This document shows positions 9,709-19,636 of a stretch of 64,000 bases of DNA, piece after piece; the first letter of the stretch is position 1, and every line of letters begins with the position of its first letter. Below the pieces are notes generated by a model, which did not search any database, was not told the DNA's origin, and saw only the letters and a program-made list of their open reading frames with translations. The position numbers were made by a program, and so were the translations under genes. Source of the DNA: Candidatus Latescibacterota bacterium (lineage in GTDB: Bacteria > Latescibacterota > UBA2968); the NCBI GenBank assembly GCA_965116885.1, contig OZ220741.1, positions 1,920,001-1,984,000 of the forward strand. The letters are read 5' to 3'.

Positions 9709-9758
9709 TGTCCGCCAAAACGGGGCAAGTCCATCATTACAGTGAAGGATGGATCAGC

Positions 9759-11510
9759 ATGAAGGACACATCAAAAGATGAGGCCACTTTGAAATCTACT
9801 CGGATCGGTCTTGCTCTTTCTGGCGGCGGGTTTCGAGCTTCCATCTTCCACCTGGGAGTGATTCGCCGCCTCGAAGAACTCGGAATCATGAAGTACGTCC
9901 ATACGATCTCTGCTGTTTCGGGTGGCTCAATTATAGCAGCCTATTACGCGATCGAGATGGAGAAGCGCCTGCGTCAACGCCGGGAAGAGTTGGCAGATAA
10001 TCCTGACCAGCTCGACGAGATCCGACTTCAGATATTCGAAGAAATCGCCGACTGTTTTTTCCAAGCCCTTAACCACAACCTGCGGTCCCGAGCGATGATG
10101 TTCGGTCCCTTCTACCATCCAATTCTCTTTCTCAAGAGCTTGTGGCCTTCTTGTTCCCGTTCCGACATAATGCAGAAAGAATACGACAATTGGTTTTATC
10201 ACGACGATACGCTGGACCATTTGCCCTCAGTCACTTTACGCCACAACGATGCACGTTCCGAAGAAGAGAAGAGCCCTCTTTTCTTCGCTGGACCGGAGGT
10301 TGTACTGAACACGACATCGTTGCTTACAGGTGAGCGAATAGGGTTCAGCCGAGATCCGGTATCCCGCCTGCAAGAACTTCATCGGGTAAATCAGAATACG
10401 TTGAAGTTGTCGAAGGTCGTAGGAGCATCTTCCGGAGTACCCGGCCTATTTCCCCCTACGACAATATGGGGAGACAAACTTGTAGATGGGGGCGTCGCAG
10501 ACAACCAGGGAATAGATGCTTTGGTTGGCCTTGATCGCTTACTGGATGACGAAGAAAGTTCAGTGACAGGCTGTGACGATTTCGATGTCCTGCTCGTCAG
10601 CGATGCCTCCGGACAGATGGAGTCGGTTCATCGACAAGGAAATCGGGCATTCGCCGTTATGGGTCGAACCTTTTCCATCTTTCAGTTTCAGCTTCGGAGA
10701 AAAATGCTCAAGATACTCCGTTTGTGGCAGAGAAAGGACAGCAGCAGTCGTGAATTTGCGTTTGTGCATTTGTTTTTAAACCTCAAGGATAGGCCCAACA
10801 CGCCGCGCGTACCTTCCGAATACATCCCCGCGTTGGGTGGTATCCGAACTGATCTGGATCAGTTTAGTTTCATTGAACGAGAAGTCTTGATGTACCACGG
10901 CTATACTCTCATTAACGCACAGATCCAAAAGTATTGTGAAAGGTTAAAGGCAATCATCGGCAACAAGACCGGTGACTTACCAAAGTTGGCACAACCGCCT
11001 CTCTTTCTTGACCGGCCAAGTTCAGACCCGGCTGCCGAGAAATGCGTCAGCGAAACCAGGCTACGAAAGCGCGTGAAGGATGTGTTGGTAGCCGGGAGCG
11101 GTCGTGTGTTCTTATATCGTTCGTGGCGAAAGTATCGCAAGAAATCATGGCTGGTCTTTTTCCCTGCCCTGTTATTGTTTCTCGGAGGTTGGTGGGCTAT
11201 TCGGTACCATTTGGAGTCGCTCTACGCTCTCACCTTGCTATTCGAGAGATGGTTGTCCCGTATCATGCCTGATTGGGTGCGGTGGGTTTTGGAGAAGATC
11301 GTCGGGAGCAGCAACTTTCCTCTGGACACTCAAGAGCTAACGTTCGTAGGCTGGATTGCCTTGTGGCTTTATGTTGTTGCGTTTCTGACGTACGTGGCGA
11401 TGCGACGGATGATCAGGCGATGGGATCACAGGGACTATCAGTCACTGACCGATAAGGACTACACCATTCACTGGACCACAAACGACGCCTCTTCAGAGGA
11501 TCGGCGATGA
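9759..11510 (+). CDS. Patatin-like phospholipase with C-terminal transmembrane helices
   Basis: LALSGGGFRA oxyanion motif, SAVSGGS nucleophile elbow, VDGGVADN; hydrophobic C-terminal segments. Confidence 0.9.
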   Translation: MKDTSKDEATLKSTRIGLALSGGGFRASIFHLGVIRRLEELGIMKYVHTISAVSGGSIIAAYYAIEMEKRLRQRREELADNPDQLDEIRLQIFEEIADCFFQALNHNLRSRAMMFGPFYHPILFLKSLWPSCSRSDIMQKEYDNWFYHDDTLDHLPSVTLRHNDARSEEEKSPLFFAGPEVVLNTTSLLTGERIGFSRDPVSRLQELHRVNQNTLKLSKVVGASSGVPGLFPPTTIWGDKLVDGGVADNQGIDALVGLDRLLDDEESSVTGCDDFDVLLVSDASGQMESVHRQGNRAFAVMGRTFSIFQFQLRRKMLKILRLWQRKDSSSREFAFVHLFLNLKDRPNTPRVPSEYIPALGGIRTDLDQFSFIEREVLMYHGYTLINAQIQKYCERLKAIIGNKTGDLPKLAQPPLFLDRPSSDPAAEKCVSETRLRKRVKDVLVAGSGRVFLYRSWRKYRKKSWLVFFPALLLFLGGWWAIRYHLESLYALTLLFERWLSRIMPDWVRWVLEKIVGSSNFPLDTQELTFVGWIALWLYVVAFLTYVAMRRMIRRWDHRDYQSLTDKDYTIHWTTNDASSEDRR

Positions 11511-11520
11511 GGATGAATAT

Positions 11521-11748
11521 ATGGAACGCTATAGAAACAGAGGCGGTGATTCTGGAATCGTAGCCTACGAGATAGGACCTGATTCCATCACGGTGATGTT
11601 TAGTGATAGATCCATCTATCTCTATACGTATCAGAGCGCGGGGAGTGCTAACATTGAGCGCATGAAGCGATTGGCTATTGCCGGTAAGGGCCTGCACAGC
11701 TTCATTAATCGTCGTGTTAAGAAAAAATACGCCAGAAGGCTCCGCTAA
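11521..11748 (+). CDS. Small hypothetical protein (KTSC-like)
   Basis: 75-aa ORF with RBS; SGIVAYEIG...ITVMF...YLY...GKGLHSFIN pattern resembles KTSC-like small proteins. Confidence 0.6.
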   Translation: MERYRNRGGDSGIVAYEIGPDSITVMFSDRSIYLYTYQSAGSANIERMKRLAIAGKGLHSFINRRVKKKYARRLR

Positions 11749-11813
11749 AAAAATTTAATCTATTAAAATCCAAAGCATTCAATACCAGTTGGATCTTCAG
11801 AAAAGAGAATCGT

Positions 11814-12566
11814 ATGTTCAAATTTCTTATTCCTTGCCTGTTAGTTTTTTCTGGACTTACTAATGCCTATGGACATGGAGGAGGTTTGGATCAGAATGGA
11901 GGGCATTGGGATCGAAAGGCTGGAACTTACCATTATCACCGTCCCCGTTCAGGAAGCTCAGAGAACTCACAGAGATCACAAAATTCACTCGTGCAAATGA
12001 ACAAAAATACAAAAGATATATCTATGTTAGGGGTTCAAGTATCTGGCATCCTTGCTTCGCTGACGAATATACAGTCTAGGATTTCAACACTGGAAGCAAT
12101 GGTGGAGAGTAAATTATCCAGACTTCTCACCCGCGTAGATAGTATTCAGATTGCAAGGCCAGAGATAAAAAGAGAAACAATTGTAAGGTGGATAAATGAT
12201 CCTGTATCTATAGGGTGGAGTACCAGTTCTGATCAAACTGATTATAGTACCGCACAATTCAGTTTCAGGTTATCAGACTTCGCCGAAGATATGAAAATAG
12301 ATGTTTCGGAAGTGGAAAATTATACGTATTTCGTTTTAGATATTGCTTTGGGAACAGGAGAAGATGGCTTACCGACGCCCAATGTTGCTGTCCCTGTGCA
12401 TCTTGCGACCGCATTTTCGTCTGTTCTGTCAGAGGATCGTATAATTTTTGTTTTGGAAGTAGAGCCAAAGGACTTTTATAGAGATAAAATTGAGTCTGTT
12501 CAATCTCTAAGTAATCGTACTCGACCAAGAAATTCATATCTTCACCTTCTTGCTGTTAGGAAATGA
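11814..12566 (+). CDS. Secreted protein with N-terminal YHYH-type motif and coiled coil
   Basis: Signal-peptide-like N-terminus followed by HGGGLDQNGGHWDRKAGTYHYH. Confidence 0.7.
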   Translation: MFKFLIPCLLVFSGLTNAYGHGGGLDQNGGHWDRKAGTYHYHRPRSGSSENSQRSQNSLVQMNKNTKDISMLGVQVSGILASLTNIQSRISTLEAMVESKLSRLLTRVDSIQIARPEIKRETIVRWINDPVSIGWSTSSDQTDYSTAQFSFRLSDFAEDMKIDVSEVENYTYFVLDIALGTGEDGLPTPNVAVPVHLATAFSSVLSEDRIIFVLEVEPKDFYRDKIESVQSLSNRTRPRNSYLHLLAVRK

Positions 12567-12597
12567 CGTAAGAGGATGACCAACCAGGGAGATTTGA

Positions 12598-12999
12598 GTG
12601 ATGATACAGTATTACTATAAGCGGTATGGCGAGGACAGAGTTAATATGATGTCGGAAGCACTTGATGATGCAATGGAGATGTCACCATGCCACTTGATCC
12701 TGTGCATACATACGAAGAGCCAGTTGGACCAGGCAGACAGTATTATCGATGCCCTACCGAATGACTTGGTAAAGGACCTCCAGAAGAATAACGAGGGGAC
12801 CTATCGGCAGGTCAATATGTATCTCTTGACGGAGAGAATTACCCCAAGCGTGCAAGGGGGCGTAGCAATTGCACCATTCGTCAATCCCGAGTTAATTTCT
12901 CGTATAGAGCATTGTGCCCCTAATGCAATTATCTACATTCCTTGGGGAGAGAGCGAGCTTTCTGCATATCAGGCTCAGACAAATGTCGAAGAGATATAA
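12598..12999 (+). CDS. Hypothetical protein
   Basis: 133-aa ORF co-oriented with neighbours, GGGAG upstream; no motif recognised. Confidence 0.55.
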   Translation: MMIQYYYKRYGEDRVNMMSEALDDAMEMSPCHLILCIHTKSQLDQADSIIDALPNDLVKDLQKNNEGTYRQVNMYLLTERITPSVQGGVAIAPFVNPELISRIEHCAPNAIIYIPWGESELSAYQAQTNVEEI

Positions 13000-13103
13000 G
13001 AGGGAATGATACCTGCGAAGGACCTCACTCTTCTATCCACAATTCGAGGGTTTGTATCGCGATTTAGCTAAACGATACGAATAAAAATCACATTTCAATT
13101 TGG

Positions 13104-13138
13104 AGCCTGACGGTCTCCACTAAACCGTTGGGCTTTTT
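13104..13138 (+). terminator. Putative intrinsic terminator
   Basis: AGCCTGACGGT-loop-ACCGTTGGGCT followed by TTTT. Confidence 0.6.
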
Positions 13139-13326
13139 CTGTTAAGGTTTCGCTACTGACTTTTCAAGTGCTTTTATTTTTTTCAAAGTTGTGGAGATGC
13201 TGAGCGGATTCCGTCAGTTTAATCAACCTCTTGTGGCCTGATAATTATTATTAACCTAAATTATTAAGAGAAATACTTATGATCAGATTGCAACCGTAAA
13301 CACAATTCATTGCAATAGGAGGGTCA

Positions 13327-14007
13327 ATGGACAAGCAGCAAATTTTGATTGTAGATGATGAACCACTGGTAATATCAGAGCTTGTAGGATTTTTGAGAGA
13401 TGAACCTTATGAGATATTCACCGCGAGAAATGGGATAGAAGGTTTTGAAATTTTAAGAAAAGAGGAGATCGCCCTTGCCGTCGTCGAGATGAAGATAAAG
13501 GATATGGATGGAATAACGCTGTTGAAGCGTGTGAAGGAGGAGAAAATTCAAACGGTTATGCTGATCATGACAAGTTCGGGGAACATGGAATTGGGCGCGG
13601 AAGTGATCAAGGCTGGCGCAGTGAGTGTATTTGATAAACCGATAGAAAAAGATGTGTTTTTGGCGAAGGTCAAAAAATATATACCTCTGCAAGATATTTG
13701 GAAGACCTGGTTGGAATCATTTTTGGAGGCTAATTACAGCAATCCAAAGCTGAGATTTGAAGATGTCATGGGTCATTTCAGGTTCTCGGAAAGCTATGGA
13801 TATAAATTGTTTAAGAAGCACCTGGGAATGTCATTCCGGATGTGCCTTCGGAATGTACGCCTGACAAAGGCTGAGGAAGCGTTGAAGAACACATCATATA
13901 CCCTTTCAGAAATTGCTTGCCTGTGTGGGTTTGCATCTTTATCGACTTTTAGCAAGGTTTTCAAAGAGACGTATGGGGTTAGTCCGACCACATATCGAAA
14001 AAAGTAG
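13327..14007 (+). CDS. Response regulator with AraC-type HTH (atypical receiver)
   Basis: ILIVDDE receiver start, DKP; the usual phosphoacceptor position reads AVVEMK; C-terminal FKKHLG...EIACLCGFASLSTFSKVFKETYGVSPTTYRK. Confidence 0.92.
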   Translation: MDKQQILIVDDEPLVISELVGFLRDEPYEIFTARNGIEGFEILRKEEIALAVVEMKIKDMDGITLLKRVKEEKIQTVMLIMTSSGNMELGAEVIKAGAVSVFDKPIEKDVFLAKVKKYIPLQDIWKTWLESFLEANYSNPKLRFEDVMGHFRFSESYGYKLFKKHLGMSFRMCLRNVRLTKAEEALKNTSYTLSEIACLCGFASLSTFSKVFKETYGVSPTTYRKK

Positions 14008-14092
14008 CGACTGGAACAAATTTTTGCAGGTTAGGACAAACTTTCGGGCTTGGAACTTAAGAGCAATCAAATCATATTATCATCCACATCAC

Positions 14093-14143
14093 AAAAAAGC
14101 TGCCGACAGACCCTAACAGGTCGAGTGTCGGCGGTAAGCAGCA
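14093..14143 (+). repeat. Structured leader element, copy 1 (partial)
   Basis: AAAAAA-GCTGCCGACA-GACCCTAACAGGTC-GAG-TGTCGGCGGT; homologous to the other four copies. Confidence 0.85.
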
Positions 14144-14220
14144 TCTTGAGTTATAAGAGAACCCTTGCACATTCAAAAGATAGTGTTGATGAGAATAATC
14201 GGATCCGAGCGGATAACACA

Positions 14221-15567
14221 ATGGCTATAACAGAAAGAGAGCTTCTGGAAATTGCCGATTCCAGACAGATGCTGAAAGAAAAAATCGCATCGCACGAAGC
14301 GCGGATAGCGGTGATGGGATTGGGGTATGTGGGATTGCCTTTATCTGTGGCATTGGGCAAGGTGGGATTTTCCGTCACGGGAATCGATACATCGGCGCGC
14401 AAAGTAGATCTGGTGGAATCGGGAAAGTCCGATGTGCAGGGTGTATCGGAATTTGAAGTAGCAGGTCTCAAAGCTGTGGGAAAATTGACAGCAACGCGAG
14501 AATGCGATGTGCTCAATGAGGCCGATGTGATTGTGGTATGCGTGCCCACACCTTTAAATAAAACACGCGACCCGGATGTCTCGTTTATTTTGCAAGCATG
14601 TGGTGCAATCAAAGACCGACTGCGCTGCGGACAACTGGTGATTTTGGAGAGCACGACGTATCCAGGGACGACCCATGAACTGGTATTGCCCCTGCTCGAA
14701 GAAAGTGGCTTGAAAGTTGGTCGAGATTTTTTTCTGGTATTTTCTCCAGAGCGCGTCGATCCGGGCAATAAAGTTTATACCATCACCAATACGCCCAAAG
14801 TCGTGGGGGGTATTACCCCGTCTTGCACAGAAATAGGCACGCATTTTTACCGGCAATTGATCGGCGAAGTCGTACCGGTCTCATCAACCCAGGCTGCTGA
14901 AATGACCAAGTTGCTCGAAAATACTTTTCGCAGTGTAAATATCGGCCTGGTCAATGAAGTGGCACTGATGTGTGATCGCCTGAGGGTGGATGTTTGGGAA
15001 GTAATCGATGCCGCAGCGACCAAGCCGTTTGGGTTTATGCCGTTTTATCCCGGTCCTGGGTTGGGCGGGCATTGTATCCCGGTTGATCCGCACTTTCTGG
15101 CCTGGAAGCTCAAGACCTTGAATTACAATGCGCGCTTTATCGAATTGGCCAGTGAAGTCACGCGCAGTATGCCGGGCTATGTGGTCGAAAAAATCACCGA
15201 CGCACTCAACGAATACGAGCGGTGTTTGAAAGGCTCGAACATCCTGATATTGGGCGTGACGTATAAACCCGATGTGCGCGATATTCGCGAGTCGCCGGCA
15301 TTGGATATTATAGAAATGCTTCAGGAGAAAGGGGCGAAAGTCTCGTATTGCGATCCGTTTGTAGATCACTTGCAGACAGAAAATTTGGACTTGAAGAGTA
15401 CCTCTTTAAACAAAAAAAATATAACAGAAGCCCATTGTATGGTGATTGTGACGCATCACAGCGATTGGGATTATGAATGGGTCGTAAAGCACGCACGTTG
15501 TATTGTCGATACGCGCAATGCCACGCAGGCTGTATCTGGAAACAAAGATCACGTCTTTAAACTATAG
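14221..15567 (+). CDS. UDP-N-acetylhexosamine 6-dehydrogenase (WbpA/WecC family)
   Basis: GLGYVG, ESTTYPGTT, SPERVDPGN, KLLENTFR, GPGLGGHCIPVDP; start moved to ATG 14221. Confidence 0.93.
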   Translation: MAITERELLEIADSRQMLKEKIASHEARIAVMGLGYVGLPLSVALGKVGFSVTGIDTSARKVDLVESGKSDVQGVSEFEVAGLKAVGKLTATRECDVLNEADVIVVCVPTPLNKTRDPDVSFILQACGAIKDRLRCGQLVILESTTYPGTTHELVLPLLEESGLKVGRDFFLVFSPERVDPGNKVYTITNTPKVVGGITPSCTEIGTHFYRQLIGEVVPVSSTQAAEMTKLLENTFRSVNIGLVNEVALMCDRLRVDVWEVIDAAATKPFGFMPFYPGPGLGGHCIPVDPHFLAWKLKTLNYNARFIELASEVTRSMPGYVVEKITDALNEYERCLKGSNILILGVTYKPDVRDIRESPALDIIEMLQEKGAKVSYCDPFVDHLQTENLDLKSTSLNKKNITEAHCMVIVTHHSDWDYEWVVKHARCIVDTRNATQAVSGNKDHVFKL

Positions 15568-15625
15568 CATTACAAGATTGCGCTTCTCCAGTCCAATCCT
15601 CGACAGATCACCTGACTAATTTGGG

Positions 15626-16627
15626 ATGCTACCTTTGAAGATTCTATTTGATATTCTCCACGTTGCACATCTTAATTTTTTCAAGTCAGCCATCGAATCG
15701 TTGAAGGCCAGACACGATGTGTCGGCTGTTGTCAGGCAAAGAGGTAATCTTGTTGCCATAGCGGAGTCAGATCTCCCTTGTTCCTTTCGTGTAATGGGCG
15801 CTCATAGAACTGGTGTTAGAAAGATGGTTGGGGTATGGGAAAGGGTCGTTGATCTCAAGAAGATAGTATGCGAAATGGAGACAGATGTTTTGGCGAGTTG
15901 TGGATTCTATTCGGGCATAGTTTCGCGGTTTTGTCGCGTGCGGTCTGTGATTTTTTATGACGACTTCGAATACAAGCTAAATTTTTGGCCGTGTCTTTTA
16001 TTTGCTCATCAACTTGTCTTACCTGAAGCACTCGGAGCGGCAGGCAGAAACATCATTCAATACAAGGGGTTCAAAGAGTTGGCTTACTTGAACCGATTTG
16101 TCCCGCAACCGAAGATTTTAGGTGGGTATGGCGTTCAGCCAGGAGAGTATGTTTTCGTCAGGTATGTTGCACCTATCAGCATGAACTATCGACGCCTGGG
16201 TCAGAAAGAAGTTACGCAAGCGACCAATGCGATTTTAAATACTGGAATGATCATCATAGCCTCCCTTGAGCGGGGAATAAATCTCGAATTCGAACACCCC
16301 AATTTCCGAAAGGTTGTTGAACCTTGTCCCAGTATCCATTCCCTGATTTACTATTCAGCCCTGGTGGTAACTACTGGAGATACTGTTGCAAGGGAAGGCG
16401 CTCTCTTAGGAGTGCCTACTATCTATCTTGGAAGAAGGGAAATGCGCATAAATCGAGAATTAGTCGAGTGTGGACAATTAATAATCCCTGATCCTGGTGA
16501 GGCGACTAAAGAAATATTGGCAAATCTTAGCAATAGAGTTCCGCGAGTCAAACCTGAGAATAAAAAGTGGGAAGACACAACGGAGGTCATTGTCTCCTGT
16601 ATTGAGCAACAGAAATTCACAAAGTAG
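15626..16627 (+). CDS. DUF354-like GT-B fold protein
   Basis: FDILHVAHLNFFK N-terminus, YKGFKELAYL, TVAREGALLGVPTI. Confidence 0.75.
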   Translation: MLPLKILFDILHVAHLNFFKSAIESLKARHDVSAVVRQRGNLVAIAESDLPCSFRVMGAHRTGVRKMVGVWERVVDLKKIVCEMETDVLASCGFYSGIVSRFCRVRSVIFYDDFEYKLNFWPCLLFAHQLVLPEALGAAGRNIIQYKGFKELAYLNRFVPQPKILGGYGVQPGEYVFVRYVAPISMNYRRLGQKEVTQATNAILNTGMIIIASLERGINLEFEHPNFRKVVEPCPSIHSLIYYSALVVTTGDTVAREGALLGVPTIYLGRREMRINRELVECGQLIIPDPGEATKEILANLSNRVPRVKPENKKWEDTTEVIVSCIEQQKFTK

Positions 16628-16768
16628 TTTTGTCCGATATCAGATGATATTGGATTGTCCGGCAAATGGTAATTCAATCTGGTAAATATAGATTTGATGC
16701 GATGAAAATATTGGGATAATCAATCGGGATTAGGATTGATGTAGGTATATGGAAGGTAAGGGTGCAGG

Positions 16769-18139
16769 ATGAAAATTTGTGTGGTTGGTTTGGGCCATGT
16801 TGGCACTGTGAATATTGCCTACTTGCTTGAACGAGGTCATATCGTCACAGGCATGGATGTCTCCCAGGAGAGAATCCGCCATCTTTTTGCCGGTGAGCCT
16901 GAACCAGAACCCCGCGTAAGCGACCTGCTAAGTTCAGCACTTAGAAGTGGGAGGCTCCAGCTTTCGACTGACTACTTCAAAGCCGTTGAGGAGGCGAGTG
17001 TAGCGATCATCTGTGTAGGTACTCCGCGAGGTGAGAAAGACGGAATACCAAATCTGAGTTTTCTTTATCAGGCTGTAACGTCACTGGTTGAGATAGTCAA
17101 CAAGAAAAGAGGTACGTTTGACGTCGTTCTGCGCAGCACTGTTCCGCCCGGGACGACGCGTGATATCGTCTCTGGAGCCTTCGGGAATTTTGGCAATGTC
17201 TGGTATTACCCGGAGTTCTTGAGAGAAGGAAGCGCAATGGAGGACATGAATGATCCCCCGATTCGGATCGTTGGTGCTCCAAAGACTGGTTATTGTCAGC
17301 GCGTGTTAGATATTTACGGTGAGGCTGGGCCGGTGTACATTACCGAATACGAAATAGCTGAAATGGTAAAGTATGTATGCAATGCTTTTCATGCTATGAA
17401 GGTTACTTTCACGAATGAGATATCGAATATTTGTAGATATCTCGGGATAGACAGCAATAGAGTAATGGAAGTCGTGTGCTCAGACAACAAGCTCAATATG
17501 TCAAAAGCCTATATGAGGCCGGGATTCGCATTCGGAGGATCCTGTCTTCCAAAGGATCTTACAGCACTCCTGCGGCTATCGAACGGACGACAAGGACCTG
17601 AATTGCCTCTGCTGACCAATATCATCGTCAGTAATGATCTTCACATCAAGTCCACGGTCAGGAGGGTAAGGTCACTTGCCGTTCGAGGAACATTGGGTAT
17701 GTTGGGTTTGAGTTTTAAGCCCAATACAGGCGACTTGAGGGATAGTCCGTTCGTAAAACTCGGAAATATGCTCATCTCAGAAGGGTATCATGTGATCGCA
17801 TACGACCCGTCAGTGGAGTTGGGTTTCCTGGACGTAGAGCAGACTTATATTCAAAGCGATGCCAGAGAGATGTGGCAGGGACAATTGACCAGATCCCTCA
17901 ATTCGCTGTGTGAGTGTTCCCTGCTGTTGATCGCACATCCCATTTCCTCATTTCCTACACCGATTTTACCCATCTTGAAGGGCAAGCACGTTCTTGATTT
18001 GTGCAACGATCCTTTGCGAGAGCAAATCGCTGCTATTGCTGACTATGAAGGTGTGGGCTGGGAATGCCGTTCAGGATGTGTTCGGAATGTCAGCTTAGCA
18101 AAGGCTGAAGAAGCGTTAAAGAACACATCATATTCATAA
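16769..18139 (+). CDS. GDP-mannose/UDP-glucose 6-dehydrogenase family protein with chimeric C-terminus
   Basis: GLGHVG, RSTVPPGT, PEFLREG, GFAFGGSCLPKD; the last ~25 codons are homologous to the AraC gene. Confidence 0.92.
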   Translation: MKICVVGLGHVGTVNIAYLLERGHIVTGMDVSQERIRHLFAGEPEPEPRVSDLLSSALRSGRLQLSTDYFKAVEEASVAIICVGTPRGEKDGIPNLSFLYQAVTSLVEIVNKKRGTFDVVLRSTVPPGTTRDIVSGAFGNFGNVWYYPEFLREGSAMEDMNDPPIRIVGAPKTGYCQRVLDIYGEAGPVYITEYEIAEMVKYVCNAFHAMKVTFTNEISNICRYLGIDSNRVMEVVCSDNKLNMSKAYMRPGFAFGGSCLPKDLTALLRLSNGRQGPELPLLTNIIVSNDLHIKSTVRRVRSLAVRGTLGMLGLSFKPNTGDLRDSPFVKLGNMLISEGYHVIAYDPSVELGFLDVEQTYIQSDAREMWQGQLTRSLNSLCECSLLLIAHPISSFPTPILPILKGKHVLDLCNDPLREQIAAIADYEGVGWECRSGCVRNVSLAKAEEALKNTSYS

Positions 18140-18225
18140 AAAAGCCGCCGACAGACCCTGGCAAGTCGAATGTCGGCGGCAGACTGCAGTTCAAAGCTCA
18201 AGCATTTGGGAATGTGAGCTTGATG
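18140..18225 (+). repeat. Structured leader element, copy 2
   Basis: GCCGCCGACA-GACCCTGGCAAGTC-GAA-TGTCGGCGGC hairpin (18144-18180) plus AAGCTC-AA-GCATT-TGGG-AATGT-GAGCTT hairpin. Confidence 0.92.
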
Positions 18226-18248
18226 ATTTAAGATACCTCAGGTGCCCC

Positions 18249-19070
18249 ATGTACCAATCTCTAAAATCTCTCAACTATCTTCGAAAGAAGGTAGCGGTTA
18301 CAACATATAGACAATGGAGTAATCGGTGGCGATGTCTTCCAGACTATTTACTCATTGGCGCTCAAAAATCTGGAACTACGTCGCTGTACAAATATCTGGT
18401 TTCACACCCCGAAGTCCATCGGTGCTTGAAAAAGGAGGTTGGTTACTTTGACCAGCATATCAATAGGGGATTGGCGTGGTATCTTGCTCATTTCCCGATC
18501 AAGGGTTCTGCGGGATTTCAGCAAGTAACTGGCGAGGCAACGGCTGAATATTATTATTTGCCACAAGTGCCCCAAAGAGTACTCTCGGTTGTACCTCAGG
18601 CTAAGTTAATCATACTGTTAAGAAACCCCTTAGAAAGAGCACACTCTCATTATTGGCATCTTTTTAATACAGGCCGCGAGCGAAGACCTTTCGCGAAAGC
18701 AGTTGAAGACGAATTACGTCTTTTGAGCACCGATAGTCATCTCATGAAAATAGGATTCAGTGGCAGTCCTGGCTATGTTGCTCGGGGAATGTACTCCAGG
18801 CATTTGAAAAGGTGGTTAAGTTTGTTTCCGGAGCGTAATTTAAGAGTACTTATTTCAGAAGATTTTTTTTCCAAACCGGCTGTTGGTTACAACGAGATAA
18901 CAGATTTTCTGCAGGTGCGCAGACACCTGCCTGAGGCGTTCAAGGTTTACAACTCTGCAGCCTATAAGACACCCATGCCCAATCGCACAAGAGAGATGCT
19001 GATTGAGTTCTATCATGGCGTTAATATGGAACTGTCTAATTTGCTCGGACGCCGTGTCCCATGGCCATAG
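18249..19070 (+). CDS. PAPS-dependent sulfotransferase
   Basis: IGAQKSGTTSL 5'-PSB motif, LRNPLERAHSHY 3'-PB motif. Confidence 0.92.
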   Translation: MYQSLKSLNYLRKKVAVTTYRQWSNRWRCLPDYLLIGAQKSGTTSLYKYLVSHPEVHRCLKKEVGYFDQHINRGLAWYLAHFPIKGSAGFQQVTGEATAEYYYLPQVPQRVLSVVPQAKLIILLRNPLERAHSHYWHLFNTGRERRPFAKAVEDELRLLSTDSHLMKIGFSGSPGYVARGMYSRHLKRWLSLFPERNLRVLISEDFFSKPAVGYNEITDFLQVRRHLPEAFKVYNSAAYKTPMPNRTREMLIEFYHGVNMELSNLLGRRVPWP

Positions 19071-19159
19071 TGAGTATGTCTTAAAAGGCTCGCGGCTTGT
19101 GTTCACGATTACACATTTGGTGGATAACGAGAAATTGAAGAGGTAAGCGTGCTATCATG

Positions 19160-19246
19160 AAAAAGCCGCCGACAGACCCTGGCAAGTCGAGTGTCGGCGG
19201 CAGACTGCAGTTCAAAGCTCAAGCATTTGGGAATGCGAGCTTAATG
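19160..19246 (+). repeat. Structured leader element, copy 3
   Basis: Near-identical to copy 2; first hairpin 19165-19201. Confidence 0.92.
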
Positions 19247-19304
19247 GTAAGATAGCTTTTGGTGGGTAGGTTGTCAACTATCGTGTAACTGGATATAAAA
19301 ATTT

Positions 19305-19598
19305 ATGAAGAAAAACACAGTAACAATATCTGAGATTGAGAATCAGATTCAAGGTTTGGTTCTGAAGGCATTAGACTGTGAAGCCTTATCTGATGATATA
19401 GATTGGGACAATCTTCCTCTGGCTTCTATACTCGATTCTATTTCCACTCTGGCCCTGGTGACAGGCTTAGAGGATGCATTTGATGTAATCGTAGAAGACG
19501 AAGAACTCACAGAAGAGATGCTGACTTCGACACGTTCGGTAGCACAGTATATATATGAGAAATTAACCACTGATACACATTCACTTGTTCCCGAATAG
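19305..19598 (+). CDS. Acyl carrier protein
   Basis: Acidic 97-aa protein with LDSISTLALVTGLEDAFDV; the phosphopantetheine Ser is retained. Confidence 0.85.
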   Translation: MKKNTVTISEIENQIQGLVLKALDCEALSDDIDWDNLPLASILDSISTLALVTGLEDAFDVIVEDEELTEEMLTSTRSVAQYIYEKLTTDTHSLVPE

Positions 19599-19636
19599 AT
19601 CAATACCATGAACTAAACACTGCGAGAGGTTTTTTG

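Noticed and set aside
13161..13175. TTTTCAAGTGCTTTT also present at 4781-4795, as a possible island boundary
   Set aside because: Short and T-rich with no other support; it may be chance or a shared binding site.
14050..14220. 57-aa N-terminal extension of the sugar dehydrogenase in the ORF track
   Set aside because: It runs through the non-coding leader element; ATG 14221 fits the family better.
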